Assembly: GCF_000142905.1 (NCBI RefSeq)
Contig: NW_013657645.1
Location: 186,001-250,000, forward strand
DNA: 64,000 bases
Direction: 5' to 3'
Source: Thecamonas trahens ATCC 50062
Lineage: Eukaryota; Protista; Apusomonadida
Position numbers and translations under genes: made by a program. Below, in pieces: positions 42,746-54,000 of this stretch. The number at the start of each line of letters is the position of its first letter. The stretch's first letter is position 1. Below the pieces are notes generated by a model. It saw only the letters and a program-made list of their open reading frames with translations. It searched no databases and had not been told where the DNA came from.

Positions 42746-42817
42746 CCACATGTCAGAGGTGGCAAGTAAAACCTCGGGCCGGCACACTTGTCGGCGCAGG
42801 CGGCGGAGGCGACGCGC

Positions 42818-45800
42818 ATGGAAGGTACCGTAGGAGGCGACGACGACGCGCGCTGCACGCCCGCAGGTGGAGACGCCGCACGTCCCACCGAGGAGCTCCT
42901 GGCGATCATGCGCACGCTGGCGGCAGCCGTCGTTCGTATGGCGGGCCACCCCGTCGACGCTGTCGAGCGCGCACTCGGCACACTCGCCCATGCAAGGGGC
43001 GAAGCATTTGTGGCAAGCCTTTGTGAGCCACTGGCGGCTCTTGTTGCTGAGTTAGCCGCACCCGAGGCGTCTGGGAGCGGGGACAACAACTGCCGCCATG
43101 CGGTTTTTGGCGAAAGCGGCGAATGCGGCGAAAGCACCGCTGCCACGGGTGATAGCAGCAACGATGACGGCGAGTTGAGCTTCCATGATCCGCTGGCGGC
43201 GCTCCTTGCCGAGCTTGGGGACGACGAGGAAGAAGGTGACCGCGGGGCGGTTACGGCTGACGAGGCTGGGGCTGTGGTTGAGGCCGAGGCCGGGGCTGAG
43301 GTTGATGAGGTGGAGGTGGAGGTGGAGGTCGAGGCCGAGGCTGGGGCTGAGGCGGATGCAGGTGAGACTGGAGCCGAGACCGAGGCTGAAGTGGAGGCCG
43401 AGGTGGAGGTGGAGGTCGAGGCCGAGGCCGAGGCTGGGGCTGAGGCGGATGCAGGTGAGACTGGAGCCGAGACCGAGGCTGGGGCTGAGGCTGATGCAGG
43501 TGAGACTGAAGGCGAGGCCAAGGCTGAAATGGAGGCCGAGGCCGGAGCTGATGTTGATAAGGTCGAGGTGGAGGTCGAGGCCGAGGTCGAGGCTGGGGCC
43601 GAGGCTGATGCGGTTGAGACTGGAGCCGAGACCGAGGCTGAAATGGTAGCCGAGGCCGGGGCTGAAGTGGAGGCCGAGGTCGAGGTTGAGGCCGAGGCTG
43701 GGGCCGAGGCTGATGCGGTTGAGACTGGAGTCGAGACCGAGGCTGGGGCTGAGGCCGATGCAGGTGAGACTGAAGGCGAGGCCAAGGCTGAAATGGAGGC
43801 CGAGGCCGGAGCTGATGTTGATAAGGTCGAGGTCGAGGTCGAGGCCGAGGCCGAGGCTGGGGCCGAGACTGATGCGGTTGAGACTGGAGCCGAGACCGAG
43901 GCTGAAGTGGAGGCCGAGGTGGAGGTGGAGGTGGAGGTCGAGGCCGAGGCCGAGGCTGGGGCTGAGGCGGATGCAGGTGAGACTGAAGGCGAGGCCGAGG
44001 CTGAAATGGAGGCCGAGGCCGGAGCTGATGTTGATAAGGTCGAGGTCGAGGCCGAGGCTGGAGCCGAGGTTGATGAGGTCGAGGCCGAGGTCGAGGTTCA
44101 GGCCGAGGCTGGAGCCGAGGCTGATGCGGTTGAGACTGGAGCCGAGGCCGAGGCTAAAGTGGAGACCGAGTTTGTCGTTGAAGATCAGGCTGAGACTCAG
44201 GCCAAGACTGAGATCAGAGTGGAAGCTGTGGGGCCACCTGCTGATGGCGAGTCGGTCAACCACGAGGCCGAGAGCGGCGCTGGGGATGCGAGTGCTTCTG
44301 CTGCCCTTGCAGCCGGCGTGGTGGCTACCGGCACAGCAGTGGGTCTCGCTGTAGCCGCAACCAGCCAAGTTGAGCCTCACTACGACGGTGAAGTGTGTGA
44401 TGCGGCCGACGGAGGGGAGACCGAGGGCGAGACCGAGGGCGAGACCGAGGGCGAGACCGAGGAAATGAGGTATCGCCCAGCTTCGCCGTGGACTGAGTCG
44501 ATCCTATCGGACTACTCTGATGATCTCGAGCTGGAAGTTGTGGAGGTCGAGCAGCACGGCAACGATGTGGCGCGATCATACACGACGCTCATGGAGATCG
44601 ACGACGCCTTGAACGCCAGGCTTGACACCGAAGACGACATTGATCCTGCCACGCTCATCTCTGAGTGCAGCGGCGTCCACTCATCCGACGACTCTGACTC
44701 GGCCGACCTCGAAGTTTTTGCCACGTTTGCGCTCGAGGATGAGATCGGCGTCCTGCCGTTGGAGCAGCACCGCCGCCGATCGTCAGGCCTGAGCGACTCG
44801 CTAGCTGACGCTGCCAAAGCTGTTGCGTCCGCAGCTGTTGATCCTGTTTCGGATGAAACAGTTGCCGTCGACAACAACGACAACAACACAGGCCAGGCGC
44901 CAAAGACTGCCGCCGAGAAGAGGGAGGTCGTTGAGGATGCCTCGGCTGATGGTGGCTCTAGCCCTGGTGCTGACGCGCCGTCCAGCAACGAACTGGAGCT
45001 CAAGTCTGGCTACATGTCGAAGCGCGGTGGCAAGTTCTCCACCAAGTGGCAGAAGCGCTGGTTCTCGCTCACCGCCGAAGAGTTGATGTACTCGGAAGCA
45101 CCCGACAAGCCGCTCAAGGGCTCGATTGCTATTTCGCGGATCAACCTCGTTACCCAGGTCCACTCACCCAAGCAGGTCAAGGAGCGCCAGCACTGCTTCT
45201 CGGTTGCCGTGCCCGGCAAGACGTACTACATTGACGCCGGCTCCGAGAGTGAGCTCGTGGCCTGGCTCCAGGCTCTCTACCCGCTGCTGGGGCCCACCAT
45301 TGTCGTCGCCGACTGTGTCGGCGACAGCGACGATGCATCGCCACAGGCCTTGCTCCCGGACTCGCCAGGCAAGGACAGCAGCGCTCCTGCCACCCGTCGC
45401 CGCCCGGACAGCCTCGACGACACCACGGTACTCATGTCTGGGTATCTTGTTAAGCGATCGGCGAGCGGTGGGAAGCTGCAGTCGCGGTTTATGACGCTCA
45501 CGCCCAGATTCCTTCGCTATGCGGTCAAGGAGGGCAAGCCAATCAAGTCGGCACTTGCCACCGCCGTCATGATCTGCACGAGGCGTAATGCTGCGGCCGA
45601 AAAGCCGCCGTATGGCTTCAAGATCGCCACCGCAGCGCATGTCGTCTCGCTTTATGCGCCTGACGAGGACACGCTGATCAAGTGGCTCATGGCGCTCGAG
45701 CGTGCCATCGGCGTTCCGGCACCGCCGAGCGATCCGCTTGAGTGCTACACCATCTGGCGCAAGGCCTTTGAGTGCGAGAACCTCGCAACCATGTGCGCAT

Positions 45801-47206
45801 ACCGCAAGAACGGCAATATTGACCGTCTCGGCTTCTTTGAGCTTGCCCGCAGTGGCGTCCCGTGGCTTGAGGACATTGCCATCGACAAGGCTCGAGTCGA
45901 GGTGGCCAGCGACGGCCAGTCAGCCGTCCTCGCCCTTCCTGCTCGCAATGTACTCGTCGACGGTGATGCGCTGGAGGGCATCGTCTCCCTCATCCGAAAG
46001 CCGTACGGCGCCAAGGGCTGGCTAGTTGACACTGAAGACTGGTCTGCAGTTATCAACCACGTCCGCGACGCTTGGAAGGGGGAGCCGGTTGCCACTACCG
46101 GCGCGGCAAGTGCACCCGTCGCCCCCACTCGCTCCAGCGCCACTCGCCGTGTCACCTTTGACGTCCTCTCCGAGCGCGACGAGATCAAGTGCGGCTATCT
46201 CCGCAAGCGCGGCGGGGCCAAAAAGGTCTGGCGTGAGCGCTGGTTTGTCGTCTCGGCTGAGAACATCACCTACGCACCGGCGCCCGACAAGCGCATCCGT
46301 GGCCTCATCAAAATTCGGGACGTGACCCGAATGATGGTCTGCCGCAACACGGCCGAGGTGGGCAAGCGCAAGTTTGCCTTCTACATCGCCACCCCGAAGC
46401 GAACGTACTACATCGACGCCGGCAACGAGGTCACCATGTTTGAATGGCTCGGCATGTTCCAGAGCGTCCTCGGCACCGGCATTGTGATGAAGTTCCGTCC
46501 GGACGCACCAGCCGCCCTCGCTCCGCCGGCCGACCTCGATGCACCAGTTCGTCTTCCAGCCTCGCTCGACACACTGCCGGCTGACATCTTCAAGACCGGC
46601 CCGCTCAACATCCGCTGTGTCACCGAACCGGCTTACCGCAAGCTGTGGGGCGTCCTCACCCGTGATGGTCTTCTCCTCACCGCCAAGGACTCTGATCGCG
46701 CTGTCGTCCTCGCCGTGCCCATGGACGACATCACCGCCGTCATGCCCTCCGAGGCCGAGTCCACCTCTGCAAGCGCATACGTCATCGAAATCGTCACCTC
46801 CGAGCCGTTTCTCTTTGCCTACGCCTCGTCGTCTGCAGACACCCGCGCCTGGCTGCACAACATCAACGCCGTTGTCGGCATGGACGTCAACCGCGAACGA
46901 CGCCGGCGCCGCTCGCTCCGCCTTTCAGCACAGTTTGGCGCCGCTGCCGCTGTCGCTGGCGCGAGTGGGGCCGGGGCCACTGCCGAGGTTGACGAGGCCA
47001 ACGCTCGAGTCGCGACTGAAGATACAGTTGGAGCTGATGCTGAGAACGGGGTCGAGGTTGAGACTGGCGCTGAGACCAAAGTGACCCTCACCGAAGCAGG
47101 CGCTCCGGCGGTAGGTGACGTGGAGCGCTCTGACTCGGTCGTTCTCGCTGTCGGTGAGGAGGCAGGCGTCGCGGACGCGATTGATGACGATGGCGCCGGG
47201 GAGTAG
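42818..47206 (+). CDS. Multi-PH-domain protein with long acidic Glu/Ala repeat region
   Basis: Four PH-like domains (KSGYMSKRGG..WQKRWF; SGYLVKRS; CGYLRKRGG..WRERWF; KTGPLNIR...W), a possible NTF2-like domain between PH2 and PH3, and EAEAG repeats. Confidence 0.85.
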   Translation: MEGTVGGDDDARCTPAGGDAARPTEELLAIMRTLAAAVVRMAGHPVDAVERALGTLAHARGEAFVASLCEPLAALVAELAAPEASGSGDNNCRHAVFGESGECGESTAATGDSSNDDGELSFHDPLAALLAELGDDEEEGDRGAVTADEAGAVVEAEAGAEVDEVEVEVEVEAEAGAEADAGETGAETEAEVEAEVEVEVEAEAEAGAEADAGETGAETEAGAEADAGETEGEAKAEMEAEAGADVDKVEVEVEAEVEAGAEADAVETGAETEAEMVAEAGAEVEAEVEVEAEAGAEADAVETGVETEAGAEADAGETEGEAKAEMEAEAGADVDKVEVEVEAEAEAGAETDAVETGAETEAEVEAEVEVEVEVEAEAEAGAEADAGETEGEAEAEMEAEAGADVDKVEVEAEAGAEVDEVEAEVEVQAEAGAEADAVETGAEAEAKVETEFVVEDQAETQAKTEIRVEAVGPPADGESVNHEAESGAGDASASAALAAGVVATGTAVGLAVAATSQVEPHYDGEVCDAADGGETEGETEGETEGETEEMRYRPASPWTESILSDYSDDLELEVVEVEQHGNDVARSYTTLMEIDDALNARLDTEDDIDPATLISECSGVHSSDDSDSADLEVFATFALEDEIGVLPLEQHRRRSSGLSDSLADAAKAVASAAVDPVSDETVAVDNNDNNTGQAPKTAAEKREVVEDASADGGSSPGADAPSSNELELKSGYMSKRGGKFSTKWQKRWFSLTAEELMYSEAPDKPLKGSIAISRINLVTQVHSPKQVKERQHCFSVAVPGKTYYIDAGSESELVAWLQALYPLLGPTIVVADCVGDSDDASPQALLPDSPGKDSSAPATRRRPDSLDDTTVLMSGYLVKRSASGGKLQSRFMTLTPRFLRYAVKEGKPIKSALATAVMICTRRNAAAEKPPYGFKIATAAHVVSLYAPDEDTLIKWLMALERAIGVPAPPSDPLECYTIWRKAFECENLATMCAYRKNGNIDRLGFFELARSGVPWLEDIAIDKARVEVASDGQSAVLALPARNVLVDGDALEGIVSLIRKPYGAKGWLVDTEDWSAVINHVRDAWKGEPVATTGAASAPVAPTRSSATRRVTFDVLSERDEIKCGYLRKRGGAKKVWRERWFVVSAENITYAPAPDKRIRGLIKIRDVTRMMVCRNTAEVGKRKFAFYIATPKRTYYIDAGNEVTMFEWLGMFQSVLGTGIVMKFRPDAPAALAPPADLDAPVRLPASLDTLPADIFKTGPLNIRCVTEPAYRKLWGVLTRDGLLLTAKDSDRAVVLAVPMDDITAVMPSEAESTSASAYVIEIVTSEPFLFAYASSSADTRAWLHNINAVVGMDVNRERRRRRSLRLSAQFGAAAAVAGASGAGATAEVDEANARVATEDTVGADAENGVEVETGAETKVTLTEAGAPAVGDVERSDSVVLAVGEEAGVADAIDDDGAGE
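43260..44170 (+). repeat. Coding GAGGCC/GAGGTG-based degenerate tandem repeats (acidic linker)
   Basis: Repeated blocks encoding EAEAGAEADAGETGAETEA. Confidence 0.9.
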
Positions 47207-47611
47207 TAGCGTGGTCCTCCTGCGTAGTTGTAAATGACACGAATTTGCTTTGGCACAGAGCACAAGTGCAACCATTCAGCCGTGATGGTCCACGTACTGA
47301 GCGCTGTGGAGTTTGTGTCGCCTTGCTCCCATTGCGCTGCGTGGCCTGATTCAGGCCGTCTGAATCAGCAACTCGCAGCGCACCTGCGGCAGGTGCGCTG
47401 TGAGTCGCTGCCCGCCGATCGTTTACGGGAAAATGCGGGATTCCTCGAGATTTACGAGAGATGGACACGACAGCATACATCTACAATTACACAGCATGAC
47501 CCACAGTGTACAATGTACGGCATGTTGGTGGCTCTAACGATTAGGCTACATGCAGTTGCATCTCGCACTGGGTAGGCGTAGCTATCATGAACGCAAAAAA
47601 ACATGACAAAT

Positions 47612-47775
47612 AGGCCCTCATGCACCAAATATAATACTTTTAATTTTACTACATTGACTTTTTATAACAAATTCAAATTATCACTCTACAAAATATATTT
47701 TCATAGTATTACAATTTTGAATATATATATTTCTATAGTTCACAACACAGCAGATGTACAAGGCCCTAATCCAAC
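47612..47775. other. Extreme AT-rich island flanked by imperfect 15-bp direct repeats
   Basis: 47631..47740 has 17 G+C in 110 nt; AGGCCCTCATGCACC (47612) and AGGCCCTAATCCAAC (47761). Confidence 0.85.
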
Positions 47776-48033
47776 TCTGTGAAACTCCCTCGCCGCCCTA
47801 GCGCACTACATACAAGTAGGCATCTTAATAGCACCTCGTGATCATTGCTGCATTTTACACTTTATGCTTGCTGCATTTGATGGTCTACCAAAAGTCTACC
47901 CATGGAGATATAGGTGATCGCGCCGTCTCGCGAGCTTGGGTGGGAGGGCATGTCGGACTCGTTTGGCAGACATCCGTGCGAGCAACTCCTGTCCTCTTCC
48001 TTCTCACACATCTCTCTCTCTCTCCTCTGCCAA

Positions 48034-51000
48034 ATGTCGCGGCCCCACTCGCACTCGACCCAGGCTGCCTTGGTTGCTCTGCTGGTCGTCCTGCTTGTCG
48101 CCACGCCGGCCATGTGGGTCTCTGCCGCCACCTGCAGACAAGCCCCGCTTCTCCCGCCGTCGCTCACTCTCGCCCCGCACAAAGGCAGCGAGCTGCGGAC
48201 CCTCTTCTCGCTCCCTGCCACCGGGCCTGATGCCGCGGGCAATGGCCTGCGCCCTGTCCTTCACTTTGCGCCTGCCACGACGTGGCTCGCGCTCGCGATC
48301 CAGCCGCTTGGAGACGCTCCGCCGCTGGGCATCTCCGCCACCCCACACGGCATCGACGACGGCCTCCAGATCGTCAGCGAGTCGGCCGCCGACCGCTCAC
48401 AGCGCCTGCTGATTGAATTAGCCGCGCTCGACGCACCTGACCCCATCCTGGACCTAACATTGTCCCCTCACTATGGCCACGACGCGTCTCTTTGCTCGCA
48501 CGTCTACGTGCTGGTCGCCACCGCCGCCGACGCCGCCCCGGACCCACACCACCGGCCAGTGACCGCCCTCACACCGCGCTGCCTGCTCTCCCCATTCCGT
48601 CTTCGCGTCCTATTGATGTTGGCTCACTGCCGCTCTTCTTTGACTCGACCGACGCCTGGCTTGCGAGTGTCGACGCTGTCCACCAGGTGGTGCTACCTGC
48701 GCAGCCACCCACGGCACCACACCTTGTGCACACCTACTCGTTTACTACCCCATCTACCGGCGCCTCCGAACTGGGTCTCTCCACTACACTGCGCAGGCCA
48801 GAACACATCGGCTCGTCGCTCACCCTTGTTGTGGCCAAGGGCATCATCACCTCGCATTCGCTCGCCACTTGCACTCAGTCTGACGCCTGTACCTACGCCA
48901 CGCTATTGGCTGCATCGTCTGGTGTTGCGCTTGATGTAGTTCTCGAGTCGGCAACTACATACTCACTTGCGCTTGTTCTGCTCCCCCGCCATCTGCTGCG
49001 CCACGCCCTGCCAACGCCAACGCCACGGCCCTTGCCTTTGACCTCGCCTTCTCGCTCAAAGAGCTCAGCTACGCCGCAGGCGCCGCGCGTTTTGCCTGTC
49101 CGTACCCATCTACACTCCCACTGACTCTCAATGCCTCTCTTGGTGTCGAGGTTGAGCCAGGTGCATTGGCCTTTGCCACCTATCTTCGTCCGCGACTCCA
49201 TGCACCCACTACAACCTCCTGGTTGCCCTCGCGCTCGGGCTGGCTCCGCATTCATGTGACTGCGCCACCGCACGTCACCCCACTCATCGCCGTCAGCTAT
49301 GCCGACGCCTCACAAACCCGCCGCTCTGTTGCCGACGAGTTGCTGGTGCCGGTCGCTGCTGGCGTCGACGTCTCGCTCACGCTTGACTTTGTGCACCACG
49401 CCCCAACCGAGCTCGCTTGTTCGCCGGCCTTTCTGCGTCTCGCCTTCCTCCCGCTGGACGTTCCGCCTACAGACTGCGCCGCTACTCCGCGTGGCCTCGC
49501 ACCCGCTCAACTCGCGCATCGTCTCAAAGACGGCACTACCCACCACGATGCCATCGAGATGTTTGCCCTGCCGCATGGCACCTCGCACGCCTTGCCTTTC
49601 ACTCTCAGCACGAGGTCTCGGATCACCTTTGAGCTCCACGCTGTCTTTGCCCTTGTTTCAGCTGAACTCACGCTTGTGCTGGCGAGCACGCCTCACTCGC
49701 CGGCCCGCCGCCTGCAAGTCTCGAGCCTCAACGTCAACGTTATGACCGACGTCTTGGAACCAGGAGTGTATACCGTCAGCGTCATCGCGCCGTCGGACCC
49801 CGGCCCCGCCAACGTGACCTGCATCCCGTACGGCTTCCGCGTTGCCGTCGACCCTATGCCTGCCACTACGCCTCTCTGTCCTCCTCACCTGCTCGCTAAC
49901 TTGCCCCACACACTCGAACCTCGACTCACCTCGCCATCAGGCACTGCCATCGCACTGGACATCTCGCTCCGCCTCCCGGACAACATCCCGGTAGTAGGAG
50001 AGGTGGCCACCACGTCGCACGCACCGCACGCCAAAACCCACTTTCGTCTCGCCATGCCCAGCATCATCACGTTGATGCTCGGACCTGCTCCGATTGACGT
50101 TGACGTGCGCCTTGAGCGCCGCAGCCACGGCAAGTGGATTGGGGTAGCCGAGATGGCCGAGCGGCTCGGCCTCGATGCCCTTGTTGCCGCTGTAGAGGCA
50201 GACACAAGCTACCGCGTCGTCATCGATTTTGTCGCTTTCCCAGACACTAACTATGACCCCGATTCGGAGCGGTGCGCCTCAATCGAGCTCTCGTTCCACT
50301 CGCTGCCTCTCGCCGCCCTCCATGAGCCGTGCTGCTGCCAGAGCCTGCCTCCCGCGTATTCGCTCACTATGCTTGCGCTTCCATCGTCGGTGGCTCCCGG
50401 CTCGCCGTTCTCGCTAGGCAGCACGTTTGTGGCGCTTGACTCCCCAATGCCCATCGAGATTCCTCTTAACGTCGACTCGGACGACACGTACGTTTCTGCC
50501 TCGGTCGCCTCTGACCTTGTCCGCACTCGCGCCTCGATAGAGCTGATCAATCTCGACTCGGAAGTTACAGTCTCGGCAGGCCTCCACGAGTTGCCGGCAA
50601 CGCTTCTCGAGCCCGGCACTTCGTACGCGCTTCTCATCCGCTCGACCCTCATCGAGCTTGACTCGGATTTTGTGCCCGAGTGTGCCGTCCTTGCATTCGA
50701 TCTCTCGCTTTTTGCGGTCTCTGCCCAGGACACCGTGGTAGACCCGATGTTCTGCACCTCGCTCTCGCTGCCAGGTTTGATGCTCTCCGGTCCGCGCTCG
50801 AGCGCCTTGTCGACGGTTATCGATCTCGGCCACGCCGGCGTGCAGTACTGGGCTGGGATGGCTCGACTCCCTCCTTCGTTCACCACCGACTCGCCAATGT
50901 CGCATCTCTATACCGCGTTCCACTACATGGTTGTGGCTGTCTCGCCGCCCTCGGCCTCGCTTCGGGTCTTTGTGCCTGACGCTGGCCTCCTCGACCTCGA

Positions 51001-54000
51001 CCTTTTCGTCACCCGGCTCGATCCTGCAGCCGCCCGAAGCGACGCCCATAGCGGTGCGCTCTCGCCGCGAGACATGTGTGTTCACTACTCCACTGGCCGG
51101 TTTCTTGCCCTTGAGCTGGGCTCGACCACCGAGTCGCTCGTCCTGGATCTTGACGAGGGCATGTACTGTCTCGAGATCGCGTTTTCGCGCTTTGACTTTG
51201 AGCAGCTCGACTATAGCGCCTGCTTGGCAGCATGGATTGAGATTGTTCTCGCTGCCGGCCCCGTTCTCGCCGACACGCCGTTGATTTGTGCGAGCGAGGG
51301 CACAATGCATGCTCTTCCTACTGCTCTCAGCCTTGGCGAGCCGCTCGCTCTGGCACTCCGCCTCCCCACTCCACCCGGCAGTGTCAACGCCTCGACTACG
51401 TCGACGCGGGCGGTCTTCACCACACCACGGACGTTCTCCGGTGTCGCTCTCATCCACGTCAGTTACGATGTCGCCATGGGTCCTTGGGTTCCGGCTCTCA
51501 CCGCCGTTCACGCCTCGTTTGCAACCCCGAACCCGTCCCGCAAGCTCATCACACCAGCTCATGCGCCGGGGCGCGTTGTCTACCACCTTGAGCTTGCTCC
51601 TGAGACTCGCTACGAGCTGAGCCTCACCGATCCGGCAACTACCCATGGGACGTGGCCGCGACTGCACCTTCCCTGTGCACAGCATGACATTGTCGGCGGC
51701 ATCGCCGCCCCCGGACTTCCGCTGCCTCCAGCTACCGGTCTCCCTAGCTGCCTCTTTGGCGAGCCAATGCCGACCTCGCTCCAGCGCGGTGGCTGGTATA
51801 TTCCGCCGATGGTCGGCTTGCCGCGCTCGGCACCGAGCATTGCGATTCCCCTCACGTCCAGCGCCGTTGTTCGTGTGGTTGCCTCGTGGGAGCCTCCACT
51901 CGCCGGAATGGCTCTGACCCTGCGGGCATCAAACAGCTCTGGGCCGCGGCTTGCGGTCTCCCAGACGTTCGCTTCACGCGACGAAGCCATCGCGCTTGTT
52001 GTCTCGCCGTCAGCGTGGGGTCACTCTACTTTGACGATGCTGGAGCTGGGCATTGAGCTCGCATGGCAGCTTGACGCCACCGACGCCCTTGCTGCCAACA
52101 ACTGTCCCTACGTCTCGTTGCAGAGCGCAGTTGTACCGATCAGAGTCATGGCTCAAGCTCTTGATTGTGGCAATGCCAACGGTCCACCGTTTGGTGACCC
52201 TGCGCCGATTGCACTCCCTCCAGTCGGCCTGCTAGCCGACATTCGCGCCGGCGCCTCGGTCCACTTTGAAGCATCACCCGACGGAGGACACATCAGCTCC
52301 AAAGTGCTGACATCGTGGGCGCTTGCTCATCCCGACCGTCGCGAAAAGTGGGCTGCCTCGTTTGCTCTTGACCCTCAGTGGGCTTCAGGCCTCGAGACGC
52401 TAGATCTCGACCTCGAACTCGCCTTTCCGCTTGCAATCGCTCTCCCGCAGATGAACGTGGTCGCTGTTGACGAGAACGGCGCTGAGGTTGTGCTTGCTGC
52501 CTCGACCCCTCGCTCGCTTGTGATGCTACCGGAATGGCCGCTTGACGCTGCCCGCCGGCTGCAGGTAACTCTCCGTCGTGGATTTTCCACCTACCGCATC
52601 GATGTTTCCGTGCCGCACGACGACATCTCGGTCAATCTCTTCCTAGCCTCGTTTGATTCGTACTGTATCCCCATCTCGCTCTCGATTGTTGGTCTTGCCG
52701 TCCCGACTGACAGCCCACCCGGGGTGGAGCTGGTGTCAGTCTCACCCCCATCTGCTGTAGTTGAGCTTGATGAGGATCTTGTTGTTGAGCTCGTGTTTTC
52801 GCCGCCGGGAGTCGCTGGTCCTGCGGACGCCCCCTCACTCCTTGCGGCCATTCTCCTTCACCGCACTGTGGTGCTCGGCGATGGCCTCACTCCTCTCTCG
52901 GCGGCCATCGACGATACAGATCCGACCCGCATGGTCGTTGTTTTCCCAGCAGCCACCCTGGCTCCGGGCTCAATTTATCCTCTGTCTCTCGTCGTGGAGA
53001 GTCTGGCAGTTGCGGGCGACCTGTCGCTCTCACCGAAGCCATACGATGGCCCGCTTCCGGTCTACACAACGCCACCGTGCTTTTGCTATGGCCACGGCAG
53101 TTGCACTGTCGATGGCTTGTGTCAATGCAAGCCACCATACGCTGGCGATCATTGCCTCGAGTGCCAGTCCGGCTGGGTTGCCAGTGGCGACGCCTGCCTA
53201 CCTGCTACTCGCTGCCCTCACGTTGCGTCGGCGGCTGACATTTGCTCGGGGCATGGTTACTGTGACGATGCCTCAGGCCTTCCGCGGTGCGTTTGCTCAC
53301 CAGGCTACGCGCGATTGAGCCTCGATCCTGCCCGTCTCGAGTGCTCGGCATGCGCTCCCGGTTTCTCCGGCTTTCCACGATGCACAGCCAACGCAGTTGA
53401 TCCTCAAGAGCTGAACCTTGCCTGCGCCGGCCTTCCGCTTCCCACCGTGGTCGAGTTCGGCTTTCGGGTGGTCGGCGCGCTCTCACCACAGTGGAGACAT
53501 ATCGCTACGATACCGATGTGGTCAGCCATGTCATGGCCATAACTCCGCTCCTTGCCGCACCCGAGCCGATCTTGTTGAGGCTCCGCGTCCCGCCTGCTCT
53601 AGTTGCTAACGTTGGGGAGAGCACTGAGCTGGTGCAGCCATGTGTCACTGCAGCTGTTGTCCAGCTGGCGCAGCCTCCACATCCAGGCGAGGCCAGCAGC
53701 AGTCGGCAAGACTCGGTGGTCAAGACGCTTTCGAGCTGTGGCAGCGGTGAAGGCTCGGACGCCGATGCCTCATCCGGCCCTCACCTTCTTGCGGTTCTCC
53801 TCCAGCCGCACACCAGCTACGAGCTGCGCTTTGAGTTTTCAGCCCCAGAAGATATCGATGTCGACGCCGTCGGCGCAGAGTGTTCTCGAGTCCGCCTCTC
53901 ACTCGCCCTGCATGCCATCTCGGACCTCGCCGATGCGGTTGAGCTTGCGGCGACGACGCGTCCGGCGGCAACCATTCTGCCACCGAGAGCTTCAATCAAG

